From positions 1 through 48,542 of the forward strand of contig JYFJ02002951.1 in the NCBI GenBank assembly GCA_000934665.2: DNA of 48,542 nucleotides. The letters run 5' to 3'. Positions 11,003 to 23,900 of the stretch are shown here, one piece after another. Position 1 is the stretch's first letter. The number at the start of each line of letters is the position of its first letter. The translations under genes were made by a program, and so were the position numbers. The DNA is from Catajapyx aquilonaris (taxonomy: Eukaryota). The notes beneath the pieces are model-generated. The model made no database searches, was not told where the DNA came from, and was given only the letters and a program-made list of their open reading frames with translations.

Positions 11003-14000
11003 TCACAAGTCCTGCCTCACTTTGGCAAAGTCATCATTTGGCAAATCTTGTTCATCAGATTCAGAAATCTCTTCATCCGAGATCAGTGTGTCTTGGTCAG
11101 TGTCTCTGAAACCACATTCAGGGTCATCGTCAGCAGCCTGCCTGCGACTCACATGGTAATCAGGTTCTCCCTCATTCTTTAGCTGAGCTTTTTGATGACA
11201 ATAGCGTTGGTGTGCCGACTCAGTTACTTTAGCTTCTTTTCTTTCTTCTGAATCATCATAGTGGTACTGCTCATAGTCATCATCCATTATCCCCTTTCCC
11301 CAGTCAATATCCTCCTCAACAGTGTTTCTCAGGATAAACACTGATGGCTTGGTCTTGATCTTGACTGGAGGGAAGCTAAGGTAATTGAGGTGAATGTGGG
11401 AGAAGCCATCTACGAAGTCAAGTATCTCGTGTGTTTGCTGGTAGTGCTTGAGTGAGTATGAGTGGCGGCTCTTGCCCTCAATCAGAAGGTGGGAGAAACT
11501 ACGCATGTCCTGCCCCCCGGCCTCCAGCTGCTCTGTCTTGTTGTACCTGCAAAGCCCTTCATTAGAAAAATGCCCTGTTGTGACTTTGATACGCGGACTG
11601 TGTAGCTAACAAACCTCCAGTTGGGGTTGATCTGCAGAAATCGAGAGGCACCAGTCTGTGCAGTGAAGACATCAATATGAATGCTGTACATAAGGTGTGG
11701 ATCTTCCATCTGGTGGAGGGTGTGCAGGGCCACTCCACCAGGGTAGTTCGAGTGGGACACGGCCAACAGGAAAGTTGAGAAGAAGGCGTTAACCACCAGA
11801 TGACTGCACATGCAGAGAGCAGCCACGGTGTGCCAGCCCGATTTCAGACGCTTGATCCATCTTAAATGAACATGGAAAGAAATGAAATCATTATTAGCCT
11901 GGTACTCACTTTTTATTCTGCTGTGTTCTTAACCCTCATGTATTGGAGTGAAAAATACTAAGGTTCTGAAGTGGTATTTTCAGAGGCAATGCTCTTATTT
12001 TATTTTAGAAAATTTGATTGTTAAAAATATCACAGACTATGAGGAAAATTTACTTCCTATGTTGAAGATCCTGCCACTGCACTGGTTAGGAGAAATGAAC
12101 ACCTCTAGAAATTATGGTGCATGCGTGAAGCATTCTCTGCAATTGGCCACCTTTTTCCTTCACCCTCATTAATTTTTATGTCTGCTGTAGGCTACTAATG
12201 GCAAACTTGAAATTTTGGCATTTATTCCCTTTTTATGTTTATTTTGAATTGGGCACATAATGTCTTCTTTTCTGGCAGCAGGTTGCAAAACTGGGCTGGC
12301 ACACCATTTGGCAGGAGGAGCTCAATTGAGGTGTAGGTAGTACTGCTCTAAAATATAGCCTGCACAGGAATATAGCAATGCTGCCTACACCTCTATATCG
12401 CCTTTGACCTTCTACTGCCAAGCAGTGTGCCTGCCCAACTTCCCACCTGGTGCCAATAAAGAAGACAGTGTGACGTTTTGAAGTCCCATCCATGGAAAAC
12501 TATCAATTTTAATGTCGAAATTTTGACCTTGCATATTAGAGCATATTTTTAGTGATTGGGGCCATGGTGGTCAAGTGGTTGTGTCACTAGCCAGCCAAGA
12601 GGCGGGGGGACCAAATCTCACCCCCATCAACTTCGCTTGGATGGGTTGTTTCCCCACTTTTCTATGGATGAGCCTAGGCATAATTGTAGTTTCTTTTCTG
12701 CCCAGGGCCAAGAGAAAGGCCTTTAATTTTCAGAGATCTGACATGACTCAAAACTCCACCCTTGGGAAAATTCCCTTCTCTTGTCCTTTCCGTGTGTGCA
12801 CACTTGTAACAACAATAAATAAAGGTTCATGTGGTATCAAATGAATACTCACATGCGATGACAGGCTGCAGCTGCTGCCGCATTGAGCAAGGGGAAGACA
12901 TATATGATGAATCTCAGCTCCTTATGTGGCAAAAAGGAATACATCACGATGAACATTAGAGCAGGAGCTGCTATTGGCAGGACTCGTCTGTCCAGGTAGC
13001 AGCCAATTGGTAGCAGGATGATAGAGGTGCCCATGGCCCTGGGCAGTGCAGAAGTGAAGTACCACACAAAAGGGGAGGTTCCCCATTCCCCAGAGCGGTT
13101 GTCCACCACATTAAACCAGAGGACCTCTCCCTCAGGCCACAGTGGTCGGGCCCAAAACACCGAGTCGACAACTACTGTCAGTGCCAGGCTGACCAATCCA
13201 GCAGGAATTGAGTATTTGATTGCCCTGGTGAAAGCAAGTCGTCCAGCTGCTAGCTCACACAGTAATATCAGGCCTAGAAGTCCTGCAAGTTCAGATCGAA
13301 ATACCAGAATGGCAAATGCTGAGGCATAGATGAATTTGGCATGGCTTTGGGACATCCAGAAGTGGAGGGCAAGAAGGGTTGGGACAAGGGCCATTGTGTT
13401 TGTCAAAGGGCGACTCAGGTAGAAGAGGAAGTGGAACTGGGATGCTGTGATGGCGACCAACCAGACACCCACACGGATGCCCAACATAGACTCAATGCTG
13501 CGACGATATAGGCCAAATGCAGCTAACACACATAGGCCTAATACTCCTCGCACTGTAATAATAAGAAAAAGGTATGTGATTGCATGCCTGCTGGTATGTA
13601 ATGCTGTTTAACCAGCCTTACCTACATACTGGGCGTAAACTTTACTGATCTGCAGCACATGAAGTGTGGCCACAAATGGTGCCGAGATGGTTGACACTAC
13701 AATTGGGCCAATGAACGTCCGTGGCACTACTCCGGGAAATTCAAAGTGGTCATACTGCAAAACCAAAACACAGCATTGCTTAATTACTGCGCTGCCACCG
13801 ACATTAATTATATCAGAAAACTGAAGACAGTACTTGGCTCAAATCTGTCCTGTGGTACAGCAAATCATGTGCGGCCTGCAGGTTGAAACTCTCCTCGACT
13901 TTGGTGTATGGGCAGTACAGCAAGTGAAGCGCCGCCACTGCCACCAGTATGAGATCAAGCTGGAAAAAGACGCCAGTGTGAAGCAGTGTTCCCTGCGATA

Positions 14001-14083
14001 TTAATACAAACGTGCCCCACTTTTAATCCCTTCAGCTTCTCTCCCAAGGGCGTCTTCTCCACTTTGGGCACAGCTTTCGACAT
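11003..14083 (-). CDS. ALG12: Dol-P-Man:Man7GlcNAc2-PP-Dol alpha-1,6-mannosyltransferase (GT22); exons ~14012/14021-14083, 13834-13959, 13622-13754, 12853-13552, 11615-11860, 11003-11546
   Basis: Motifs [93 protein letters not shown]. The first-exon donor position is uncertain. Confidence 0.95.
12557..12790 (+). mobile_element. tRNA-derived SINE, family A (degenerate), in an ALG12 intron
   Basis: GGGGCCATGGTGGTCAAGTGGTT...CTAGCCAGCCAAG...CCCAGGGCCAAGAGAAAGGCC matches the copies at 27395-27660 and 32270-32960. Confidence 0.65.
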
Positions 14084-14546
14084 GGTTCAACCTTTTATCC
14101 GCGTGTCTTCAGGTGTTTCCAATTATGAGACTCTCCCAGAACAAGCTGCATATCAGTATTAATCCAGTCGGCAGCTGCGGGATGCCTACACAGGTTGGGC
14201 AATGAACACTAGAAACTCGAAAAGAAAGGACTACGTGCAGGTTGCCATCTTTGATTGTTACCAGGAGAAGCTGATCACTCCTTTGGAAGGTATCACTTTG
14301 GAGGTATTTAAAAGATATCTGTATTATATTCTGCATCTCATCAATATTTATTATCATTACCACCACTTAAGATGTGTAATGCGGGGTAATAATTTGAGGC
14401 CAACCTGCTGTACACATCAGGGTGCTCAGGCGTTTCCAACTATGATGGCGACGGAAGGGTTGGTCTCCTTTTAATTTCTGTCGGAGCAGTACAATCGTAA
14501 TTATCTCCACTCCCTGCTGAGGTACTGTTGGCCGAGCCGAACGAAG

Positions 14547-16588
14547 ATGCCCCTGTACGAGGGTATCGGCCTGATCAGCGAGAAGTACGCGGTGGTCTTT
14601 GACTTCGGATCTGCCTATACCAAGTGAGACCATTCATTCATTACCTGACCTCGCTTGTGAGGGAAGTATTTTCAACTGTTGATCCCTGATTGAAGGTGCG
14701 GGTTTGCTGGTGAGACTGGCCCCAGATGCATCGTCCCAAGCCAGGTGGATTGCTCCAGGTCTAAGAAGAAGCGGCAGCTGTTCCAGTACAAGGACGAGGA
14801 TGACCTTTACCATATGCTCATTGACTTCTTGCACTATCTCTACTTCAGGTAAAGGGAGCACTGACACACCTGTTGGCCTGCACTGTACATCAGATGCACG
14901 CATATGGGGAACATGGCGTTAAACCCACATGATCACATCAGTCTCAGAATATAAAATTGGGCACTTTGACTAGCCCACACCTAATTGTGTGCCAAGCAGT
15001 AACTCCAGCTGTGAGCCTGTATTTACACTCTGTTATTGCTTCGTAGGCATCTGCTCGTGAATCCGAAGGATCGTCGCGTGGTGGTGGTGGAGTCCCTTCT
15101 GTGCCCTACCATATTTCGAGAGACCCTGGCCAAGGTCCTCTTCACTCACTATGAGGTGTCCTCTGCTCTGTTTCTTCCCTGCAGCCTAGTTGCACTCTGC
15201 ACTCTGGGAGTGGAGACTGCTCTTGTGGTGGATATGGGATACAGGGAGGCCATTGTTATACCTGTGTACAGGGGAATTCCTGTGCTCCATGCCTGGCAGG
15301 CCCAGCCCCTCGCTGGTGAAGCTATTCACAGGTTGGTTCTTTAACTGCAAGTTGCCGTTGATTTATTTCACTTCCGGGTTGTAAGAATGAAGCCATTCAA
15401 CCAGATGTGAGGTAACATTATTATTTTGTGATAACTATGAAAAGTTAGTGTTTGAAAGTAACTTCTTAAAAATTAGCAATGCAGTGCCAAAAGCATGCTA
15501 AATGAAATGGACACATCACTTGCAACATGCTGTGCTTTATCTGATTAGGATGATGCCATGTTCTTCTAGGAATCTTGACCGTTTGTTGGTCGAAGGTGGC
15601 CAGATGAGAGGAGAAGGTGATGAGCTAGTGGAATATGGCAGCTTATCGGAAGAGACAGTTGAAGACATAAAGGTTCGCACATGTTTTGTGACACGAGGAG
15701 ACAGGGGTAGCAAGATCCAGACTGCACGAGAAACCTGGGAGGCACAAAGGAGTTCATCAGGGGAGAAATCACCCAAGGCGGATGCTGTTGCTATTGGAAA
15801 GGAGGAAGAGGCCTTGCTGCCCACCCCCAGCCCTTTCCCAGTCACATATCCACTTGGGGGCAGCCAGGTGATGCAGATAAAGGGATGGGTTAGGGAGGCA
15901 GCTACTGAAATCCTATTCCACCGTGATGCTGATGACATATCCCTGTCTACAATGATTTTGGATGCAGTTCTTAAGGTACAGTGAGCAGATAATTGCTTTG
16001 AAGTTGAGGCCTATGTTTGTGATGCAAAGAAAAATGTGGCACTATAAGTTTCTTGACGAATGGGTGCTACACAATAATAATTATCAATCTTCATGGCTGG
16101 GTCAAGAGCAATATTGATTATAGAATTTAAAATATTTATTGGTCATCTCACAGTCTTACGCATTATGCAGGAGGTTTGTTTGGAAACAATTTGTTATAAG
16201 CATATTGCCTTTGCAGTGTCCACTTGACATGAGGCGTGAACTATGTGAGAACATCCTCCTAGTTGGTGGGACAGCCATGATGCCAGGAATGGCATCCAGG
16301 ATCCAGGAGGAGCTGCGTCTGCTGGTTAAAGAAGCATCTGATCACCCTTCCTCCAGACACAGAGCATCGTCAGCACTCCAGACATTCAAGTTCCACCATC
16401 CTCCTGCTAAGGAGAACTATGTATGCTGGCTGGGAGGAGCCATCTTTGGAGCCACTGATGCAGTGACCACAAGAAGCCTTCCCAGGGAGGTCTATCTACA
16501 GCAGAAGTGTGTCCCTGATTGGGCTAATCTGAGGCACAATTGCCCACCTGCTACCCGGGGAAATCTGAGTGAGGAGAAGAGTTTATGA
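14547..16588 (+). CDS. ACTR10: Actin-related protein 10 (dynactin Arp10/Arp11); exons 14547-14623, 14696-14848, 15047-15331, 15570-15975, 16217-16588
   Basis: [114 protein letters not shown]; phase-consistent GT-AG introns. Confidence 0.95.
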
Positions 16589-18444
16589 ACTGTAATATTC
16601 TGGGGGAAGGAATTTTGACTGGAAAAAGTCACATTTAGAGGAAATTTAATATTATTTATTTCTGTCCCAATGGTTGCCTCATTTTATGAACGCATTTTCT
16701 ATTAAATTCATCAAATAATGGCTTGCAAGTGAAAGTGGCTCTGTGATCATTTGAAATCTTTGATCCAGTATAGGGGAAATAAATGTTAATTGCTTCTGTA
16801 CATTTGGCTTGTCAATGCCTGCAGATATTTGTACAGGAAGCCCTCCTGCGATTTGGTGAATGGGACAGGGAGGGAAGGGAAAGGAGTGCCTGCAGTGCAT
16901 ATGACATGTACACTGTCTTTAAAACAAAATTTTGATCTTTTTTCCTTGGCATGAAATAAAGACTTTCAGTGTGGACTGGAATGTCCTTTTAATTTACTGT
17001 AAGAGTTGGTGCTGAGAAAATTACTGTAAAAAGAGAGAGTTTCTATAAATGAACATAAGAAACTGCCAAGTCTCTGCCAGTTTGACTAATCCTATCCCAT
17101 TTTCAACGCAGAAGGAAAGTTCAATTTGATCCATGAAAGGAGGAAGAGCTTGGAGATAAACCCGCCCACAGCCATGTTCTACGGCCTACGTAGTTTTTGA
17201 CAGCATGGACATTTTGCGATGACAAATTTACTTCAAAACAACTCTTCAATATCTGCATGTGGCAAATGAGCAGGTAAGAGCGACACATTTTATCAGTCTC
17301 CCCTAGATCATAAGCAATATAAATGGAGGTCGGAGGTCCACTTTTCACAAAGGCAGAAGTTAGTTATTGGAGTGAGTAATTTACTCTGTAAATGTGTGAT
17401 GAGACGACTTTGTGCAAAAAAAAACCTACAAGAGGTTGCAATGATAGGATTCAATGAAATGTCAAATGTGCATTATTACGAGCTTGTCAGTAGATAATAA
17501 GGCTATAATCAGCTATAATATAGTCGAGTCTAGCGCAGTGATTGCACACATCGATTTTCGAAGCTCAAGGTTTTTCATAGTCACAAGACGGATGCAATTA
17601 GGTGTGGCAGTGGTGGAAGGGAACTCGTGGGGATTTCCCCTGGTGCAAACCGTAGCCTGTTTGTATAATTTTATTGACAGACTGTCGACGCCTCTTCTTC
17701 ACTGTTGTGTTCGGTATTGAAGCGGCATGTGGCGCCATCTCCAGGGGAATCATCAAATTACCTCCTTGCTGGCTTTCATCATTGACTGACTGGGGGACGA
17801 CGTAGTTGCAGCAACTCCCACCAGAAGCCGCATGGGGAGTCCCTGGTGTCAGCTTGGAAAGTTACTTGATGAGAGGGAAGTTCAGAGGGAATGTCTATTA
17901 GTTTTTGTCTTTGATCAACCAACTTTGAGAGCAATGGGCGGGCGGTCCTCATCGCTACTCCAGTACTAAGGAGACTGTCCCTTTCGGTCCCTTTGCCAGT
18001 TTGCTGGAGTTGGTTGCGTGAGGGAAGAGTTGGTGTCTGTCCGGTGTCACTTCTGCAATCACCCTGCTGATGGTATGGATTACAGCTTTCGCTCTGTCAT
18101 GATTTCATATTGACCTGTTATTGTACAGAATGTTGGTGGTGTAGAATGTTTCAAGGGAATTTCACTGATAGCTAGTAGGTTATATATTGTTTCCCATTGC
18201 AAGAAGCTTCGAACAGCTGGGTGTTACATATTTGAAAAATGACCATGTTAATATTTACATATCAGTATGTGTACAGTAGTAATGGGTATGATATTGAGAG
18301 TTCTTCTGATGCATATTAATGAGACATTGATATTTAAGAAATTACCAGCGTGCATCACATTAGCAAGAACATGGGGAAGAAATGTATATTTTCTCATCAA
18401 AATACAAAATGATATTACATGTAGTAGCCCGTAGTAGCCTATGT

Positions 18445-18808
18445 ATTTTTATTATTTATTTATTTATTTTTATTATTATAAATATTTATTTAACCCCATG
18501 ATACAACTTTAAGTTGTTATAGGGGGGTGGCACACCACCATCAATTTTCTGGTAATTTTTACTTTGCTCTCCGGTGCAAGGAATACTAGGAATTGGGGAA
18601 AGGGTTGGGGTTTTGGGGAGGGGACACAGGTGCAAGTGCAGGTACGGAAATGGGTCATGTGCAGTCCCCCAGGAGGCCGGTTGCCAAGACGCCTCCTTAG
18701 GCGCGGGCCAGAGACCCACTGAGGCAGGCGAAAGGTATCTCCCGGGCGGGGATTAGAACCCGAGACCTTTCGCACAGCAAGCTGAGATTTTACCATCTCA
18801 GCCACCCC
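18445..18808 (-). mobile_element. tRNA-derived SINE with AT-rich (TAAA)n tail
   Basis: Minus strand GGGGTGGCTGAGATGGTAAAAT (A box) ... GGTCTCGGGTTCTAATCCC (B box), a body, then a TAAA repeat tail. Confidence 0.6.
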
Positions 18809-19836
18809 ATCTTCCTCGTAGCCTATGTATTGTACTGTACAGTGTTGGACATAAATCGAGGCAACTGCCAGCAACATTTTCCAAAGCGGCAGAAAAAGGA
18901 ATCTTACTCGCCTGGCTTGCAGCATGCTTATATCTTTGATTCCTTCTTCTGCCGCTTCGGAAAATGTCACTGGCAGTTGCCTCGATTTATGTCCAACACT
19001 GTACTATGTAGGCCTACACAGTACATACCGTGCAATACATACTACATGATTTCGTTTCGTGTTGGCATAGTTAAATATTGTAAATATAGTACAGTAGACT
19101 TTGTATGTAAACTTAGATGAACAATATTTCTTAGAAATTACCGTAACACAGCATTGCACAGTATTTCATGTTTTAGATTTTTTTCCTCCTCTTATTAACA
19201 TCTGACCTTTTTGTGTTCCGACCATGTCGCAGTCTCGTGGGTGACAAATAATTGAGGTTCTACTGTGTATAGTTCATCATAGTGGAATTAATAGACAATG
19301 TTACTCCTAGATATTGCGTACTTATGCTATCAGTTGCATTCAGGGATTATTTATCAATTCCTCGTCATGGCAATCAGCAAAAATTTTATCAGGAGTACAT
19401 AACTAGTTATTTGTTCCTGGCCCTATTTATTGGCAGTATTGCAGAATGCTGCATTTTAAATTCACATTTTAAATTTTGTTCTAATTTAAAATTGGCACAG
19501 GAGGCTCCAGAAACCTGACATAATTTTCATGTTTATGGCAATGATAGATGGCTGATCTTTAGAGTTGCCTATTTTTCACACGAACTGGAATTAATCTATC
19601 CGAAAACACGGTTCCCCGTTGTGTTACCCTGGTACTTGCAGGGGCCTTATACTGTGTAATCCGTATTCCAGTTATTTATTTTATTAATCTTACTTTTGTC
19701 ATTGCTGGCTACCCCATGCTTGGGACAATGCCATGAAGAAATGAATGAATGAAAAAAATATGTCACTTTTAGTTTAAAAAATGAAAGATTTAAAAGCACA
19801 TTATTTTTCTTGTTATAAAATTTTTATACAAAACAA

Positions 19837-20469
19837 CTATACTAGGGGCAAGATAACTCATGCATTTGGGGAGGTGGCTTGTGACCTTGGCAACCATAAT
19901 TAGACCCGCCCCTTGCTGAGTTTTTTGTATGGAATTTAGAACGATTGGTGTGGAAATATTTCCCCTCTGCTTGGTTACCAATTGCGTTAGTGTAAACAAA
20001 CTCATCTCATTCTAGAGGTTTTAGAACACAACGCCCATCTCCTTTGAAATCGAATCCTGATTGGTTGACCGGTAGGGGGCGGGGTTAATTAGTTGATTGC
20101 CAAGGTCACAAGCCACCTCCCCAAACGCATGAGTTATCTTGCCCCTAGTATACAGTAGGGAGAAGATAACTCATGCTTTGGGAGGTGGCTTGTGTCCTTG
20201 GTAACCATAATTAGCCCTGATGCCCCCTATACTTGTCAACCAATCAGGATTTGATTTCAAAGGAGATGGGCGTTTATGTTCTAAAACCTCAAGAATGAGA
20301 TGAGTTTGTTTACACTAACGCAACTGGTAACCAAGCAGGGGGGAAATATTTCCCCACCAATAATCATTCTAAATTCCACACAAAAAACTCAGCATGGGGC
20401 GGGGCTAATTATGGTTGCCAAGGACACAAGCACACTCAAAACGCATGAGCTATCTTGTCCCTAGTATAG
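19837..20469. mobile_element. Two inverted copies of a ~315-bp MITE forming a ~630-bp palindrome
   Basis: Each copy has TIRs TATACTAGGGGCAAGATAACTCATGC; the internal sequence of 19837-20152 is the reverse complement of 20153-20469, with scattered mismatches. Confidence 0.85.
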
Positions 20470-20764
20470 GGCTACTCGTGTCTCCAATGGCAACTTGTAA
20501 TACAAAAAATGTAAGATTACAAATTCTGATTTCTGCAGTACCAGAATAGATTGGACAAAACTGAGTTTCACTTTTCATTTTACATGATTTCACTAAAACT
20601 TGTGATGTTCCGAGAGAAAAACAATCCTGGCAGAATCCTTTGAGAATGTTGTAGTCTATGAAGTATAAAAATTATATTTGTGACTGCACTATTCCCATTT
20701 TGTGTTCATTTTGGTGGATATCATATACATTCATAAATCATTCCAAAAATATGATGGAATGTTT

Positions 20765-20785
20765 TTATTATTGTTGTTGTTGTTG

Positions 20786-20869
<84 letters not shown>
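20765..20869 (+). repeat. Compound (TTG)n(TTA)n microsatellite
   Basis: About 6 TTG units followed by over 25 TTA units. Confidence 0.97.
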
Positions 20870-20939
20870 GCTGTTTACCCCAGTAGTATGATGGAATGTT
20901 AAAGCTATTGAATACTTATTTACTTGCAGTCCAGCTAAC

Positions 20940-23900
20940 ATGGCTCACAGACAACAGGCAGACCACATATGCTCAGTGGATCTACACTTCCAAGAAAAAG
21001 GGGTGGCAGATAATAATGTTGTTGTCAAGGGTATCCTTGACATCATGCTCGTGGATGTGCAATACATTTTGTCCAGCATTACAAGTGATGCCTCAAGGGG
21101 AATTGTTACTGCCAGGATAAAGTTGGAATCCCGCAAAATACAACATGAAGCAATGAAGAGACTGCGCGAAAAGAAATTTTCTGATGTGAAGATAGTAGCA
21201 AGGGTGATGAAAACAGATGGTGGGTTATGCCCTCCAGAAGAGCTAGACAAGTTTATTCAGCGTTTCAATAGAGAGGTCAAGAAGTCAGAGTCAAAACATC
21301 GACATAAAGTATTGGAAGTTGAAGAGAAGATGAATGGTGTCAAAGGGAATCTAGAGATCATCCAGGGCTCAGTACCCAAAAAGGCAGTGGAAGTTTCCAG
21401 CTGGAAACTGAAGCAGCAATCACAGTATGAAGAACTAAAAGCACTCCTGGCAAAAAAATCTGAGCTAATTGAACAACAATGGGTGTTTGTTAGTAAAATT
21501 GATCAGCTGAGAGAAAAGGTTGACTCTGATCTGGCTGGAAGTGGAAGCGACTGGAAGAAATGCTTGAACAGCATTGACTTGGAATTCAACTGGGAGTTGA
21601 AGGCCCTGGAATCAGCCCTCCCAATTTTGGCTTACAGATTCAAAATTTTGGATATGGTGAGGGACCACCAAGTGTGTCTGATCAAGGCTGAAACTGGGTC
21701 TGGAAAAAGTACTCAGATTGTTCAGTACTTGTACAGGTAAGCATTTTTCACTTATGCAACTGTCTGTATCATTTGGCTAGTGGCATCTACAGAATCACTT
21801 GACTTTGGAGGCAGATTTGTATATGCAGTCAAATACTTTGGAGTCAAGTGCTGCTTCACAATTTCTGGTACCAGTTTTTTATAGTGTATATAGAAAATAC
21901 AAAAATTGAGCATTTGTGATGATTTTGCCACATGAAAACTGCTGGTTCTGTACTTTAGTGGGGGCTTAACGTCGGCCTATTTCTGCCGCGAGGCTCAACA
22001 CCGACGCCAGGGGGTGGTGCTCCTCCTGGAAATTTGGCCACTCTGGGGATCTTTAACGTGCTGGTTCTGTACTGTAAAATTTTCTAACTAAACTGACTGA
22101 TTTAAAAAAATTGCTAATCATTGGTGATACCACTGAGGTATGATCAAGTATTAATGTTATCCTATAGTTACAATGTTCTCTTAATCTAGGTCTGGGTTTG
22201 TGTCAGGAGAAAAGAAGGTTGTGTGTACTCAGCCACGTAAGATTGCTGCCAGTAGCCTTTCTGAACGTGTGACCAATGAAATGATGATTGGGGGTCTGGT
22301 GGGTCACCGACTGATGGCAAGGGGAAGCAACAGGCGATGCAGAGAATCAATCCTGTTCCTGACTGATGCACAGCTTCTTCGACATGTCTCTGATGATCCT
22401 ATTCTGACTGACTTTTCCTGTGTAGTTGTGGATGAGGCTCATGAGAGGAGCCTTCATACAGATCTGCTATTGGGAATCCTCAAGGGAATATTGAAGAAGC
22501 GGAATGACTTAAAGGTTGTAGTCACTTCTGCAACATTGGACACTCAGAGGTTCCTGGACTTCTTTCCTGGATGCCCTCTAGCTCTGGTACCTGGAAGGAC
22601 TTTTCCAGTGGATGTGTTTTGGGTGGAGTCTTCTGATGTTGGAGAGAAAATTGGAGGAGATTATCTCCACAAAGCAGTTGAAAAGGCTGCATGGATTCAT
22701 CACAATGAACCAGAGGGTGACATTCTAGTTTTTCTGGCTACACCACAAGACACAGAGAAAGCCAAAGAAATGTTAGAAAACAAGGTATGTTCATTATTGG
22801 ATACAGTGCATTACTGTATTATTTTATTAATATGATGATAATAAGGAAGTGATACACTCCACATTTTCTTTACATTTTAAAAGGCAATCATTTTATCTTA
22901 TAAGTACAATGTGAATGTCACTTTTGTTTCAAACTCATGAGGAGTTTAAAAATTAAACTTCTAAGAGTCACTTTCCTTGTTGCAATTTGTAGAATACAGT
23001 ACTAGTAGTCTTACTGTGATCTGGAAGAGTTTATGATACGAAAAAGAAATATTTTTATATACTAGCTCATAAGACCTACCCCAATCTAGGTGATGCTATT
23101 GAATTTAATTGAAACCCCAATAAAACAAGGGCCCAATTTCAACCAGGAAAAATCAGTGGGTGCCATATCACCATAATATCACCATAATAATAGACATTTG
23201 AGCTACGTGTGTAGTAATAGTTCATATTATTGGAAAGGTGGTGCAAGCGTCTGATCAAGGCTTTTTTTGTGAGGTAACAAGGAAGCAAGACATTCTTGCG
23301 GCTGTTTCCAGTTATAGCTGGCACTCCTATTCAGAGTCAAGCCATGATGCAAAGCTTGTAAAGTTAGTAAAGGAATGGTTGTGACATCATGATTAATAAT
23401 TTTTACACTGATGGGATGTACTGTACAGTTGTTGAATAACGTGCAGTTTTGCACTTTTGAGTTGGGATCTTATTCTGTTGTCTGATATTTCAACAAGAAA
23501 ACATCCACAGCATAATATGCCAACCCACTGTTTTCTGCACTGTTAGTCACGTGAATGACATGCTTCTGAACTCTAACCCGACCTGCACAGTCTGTGGTAA
23601 TTTTCTTATTATTAGGTGAATTTACATGAAGTATAGAGATTGCAGTGGTGATAATTAGAGCATTACTTTTATGGATTATAAAGATTAAGCTGCCAATGTT
23701 ATGTTTTGTCAACTCATCCTGATGAGTTATTCCTGATGGGTTATTCCCATTCGGAAAGGCATTGTAACTCGCATGTCAGAGCTTAGATAAATGATTTAAT
23801 TTGACTTTTAGTTAGTATTAGCAGGCAATATAATCACCGAAAGTGATGAACAAGTAACTCTTTAAAAATTACCAGCTTATGTCAAAAATTATGCACCACT

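Noticed and set aside
11482..11614. Apparent frameshift in ALG12
   Set aside because: Explained by a 68-nt GT-AG intron (11547-11614) that restores RYNKTE in frame.
20658..20902. Poly-Tyr and poly-Leu ORFs
   Set aside because: Translations of the (TTA)n microsatellite.
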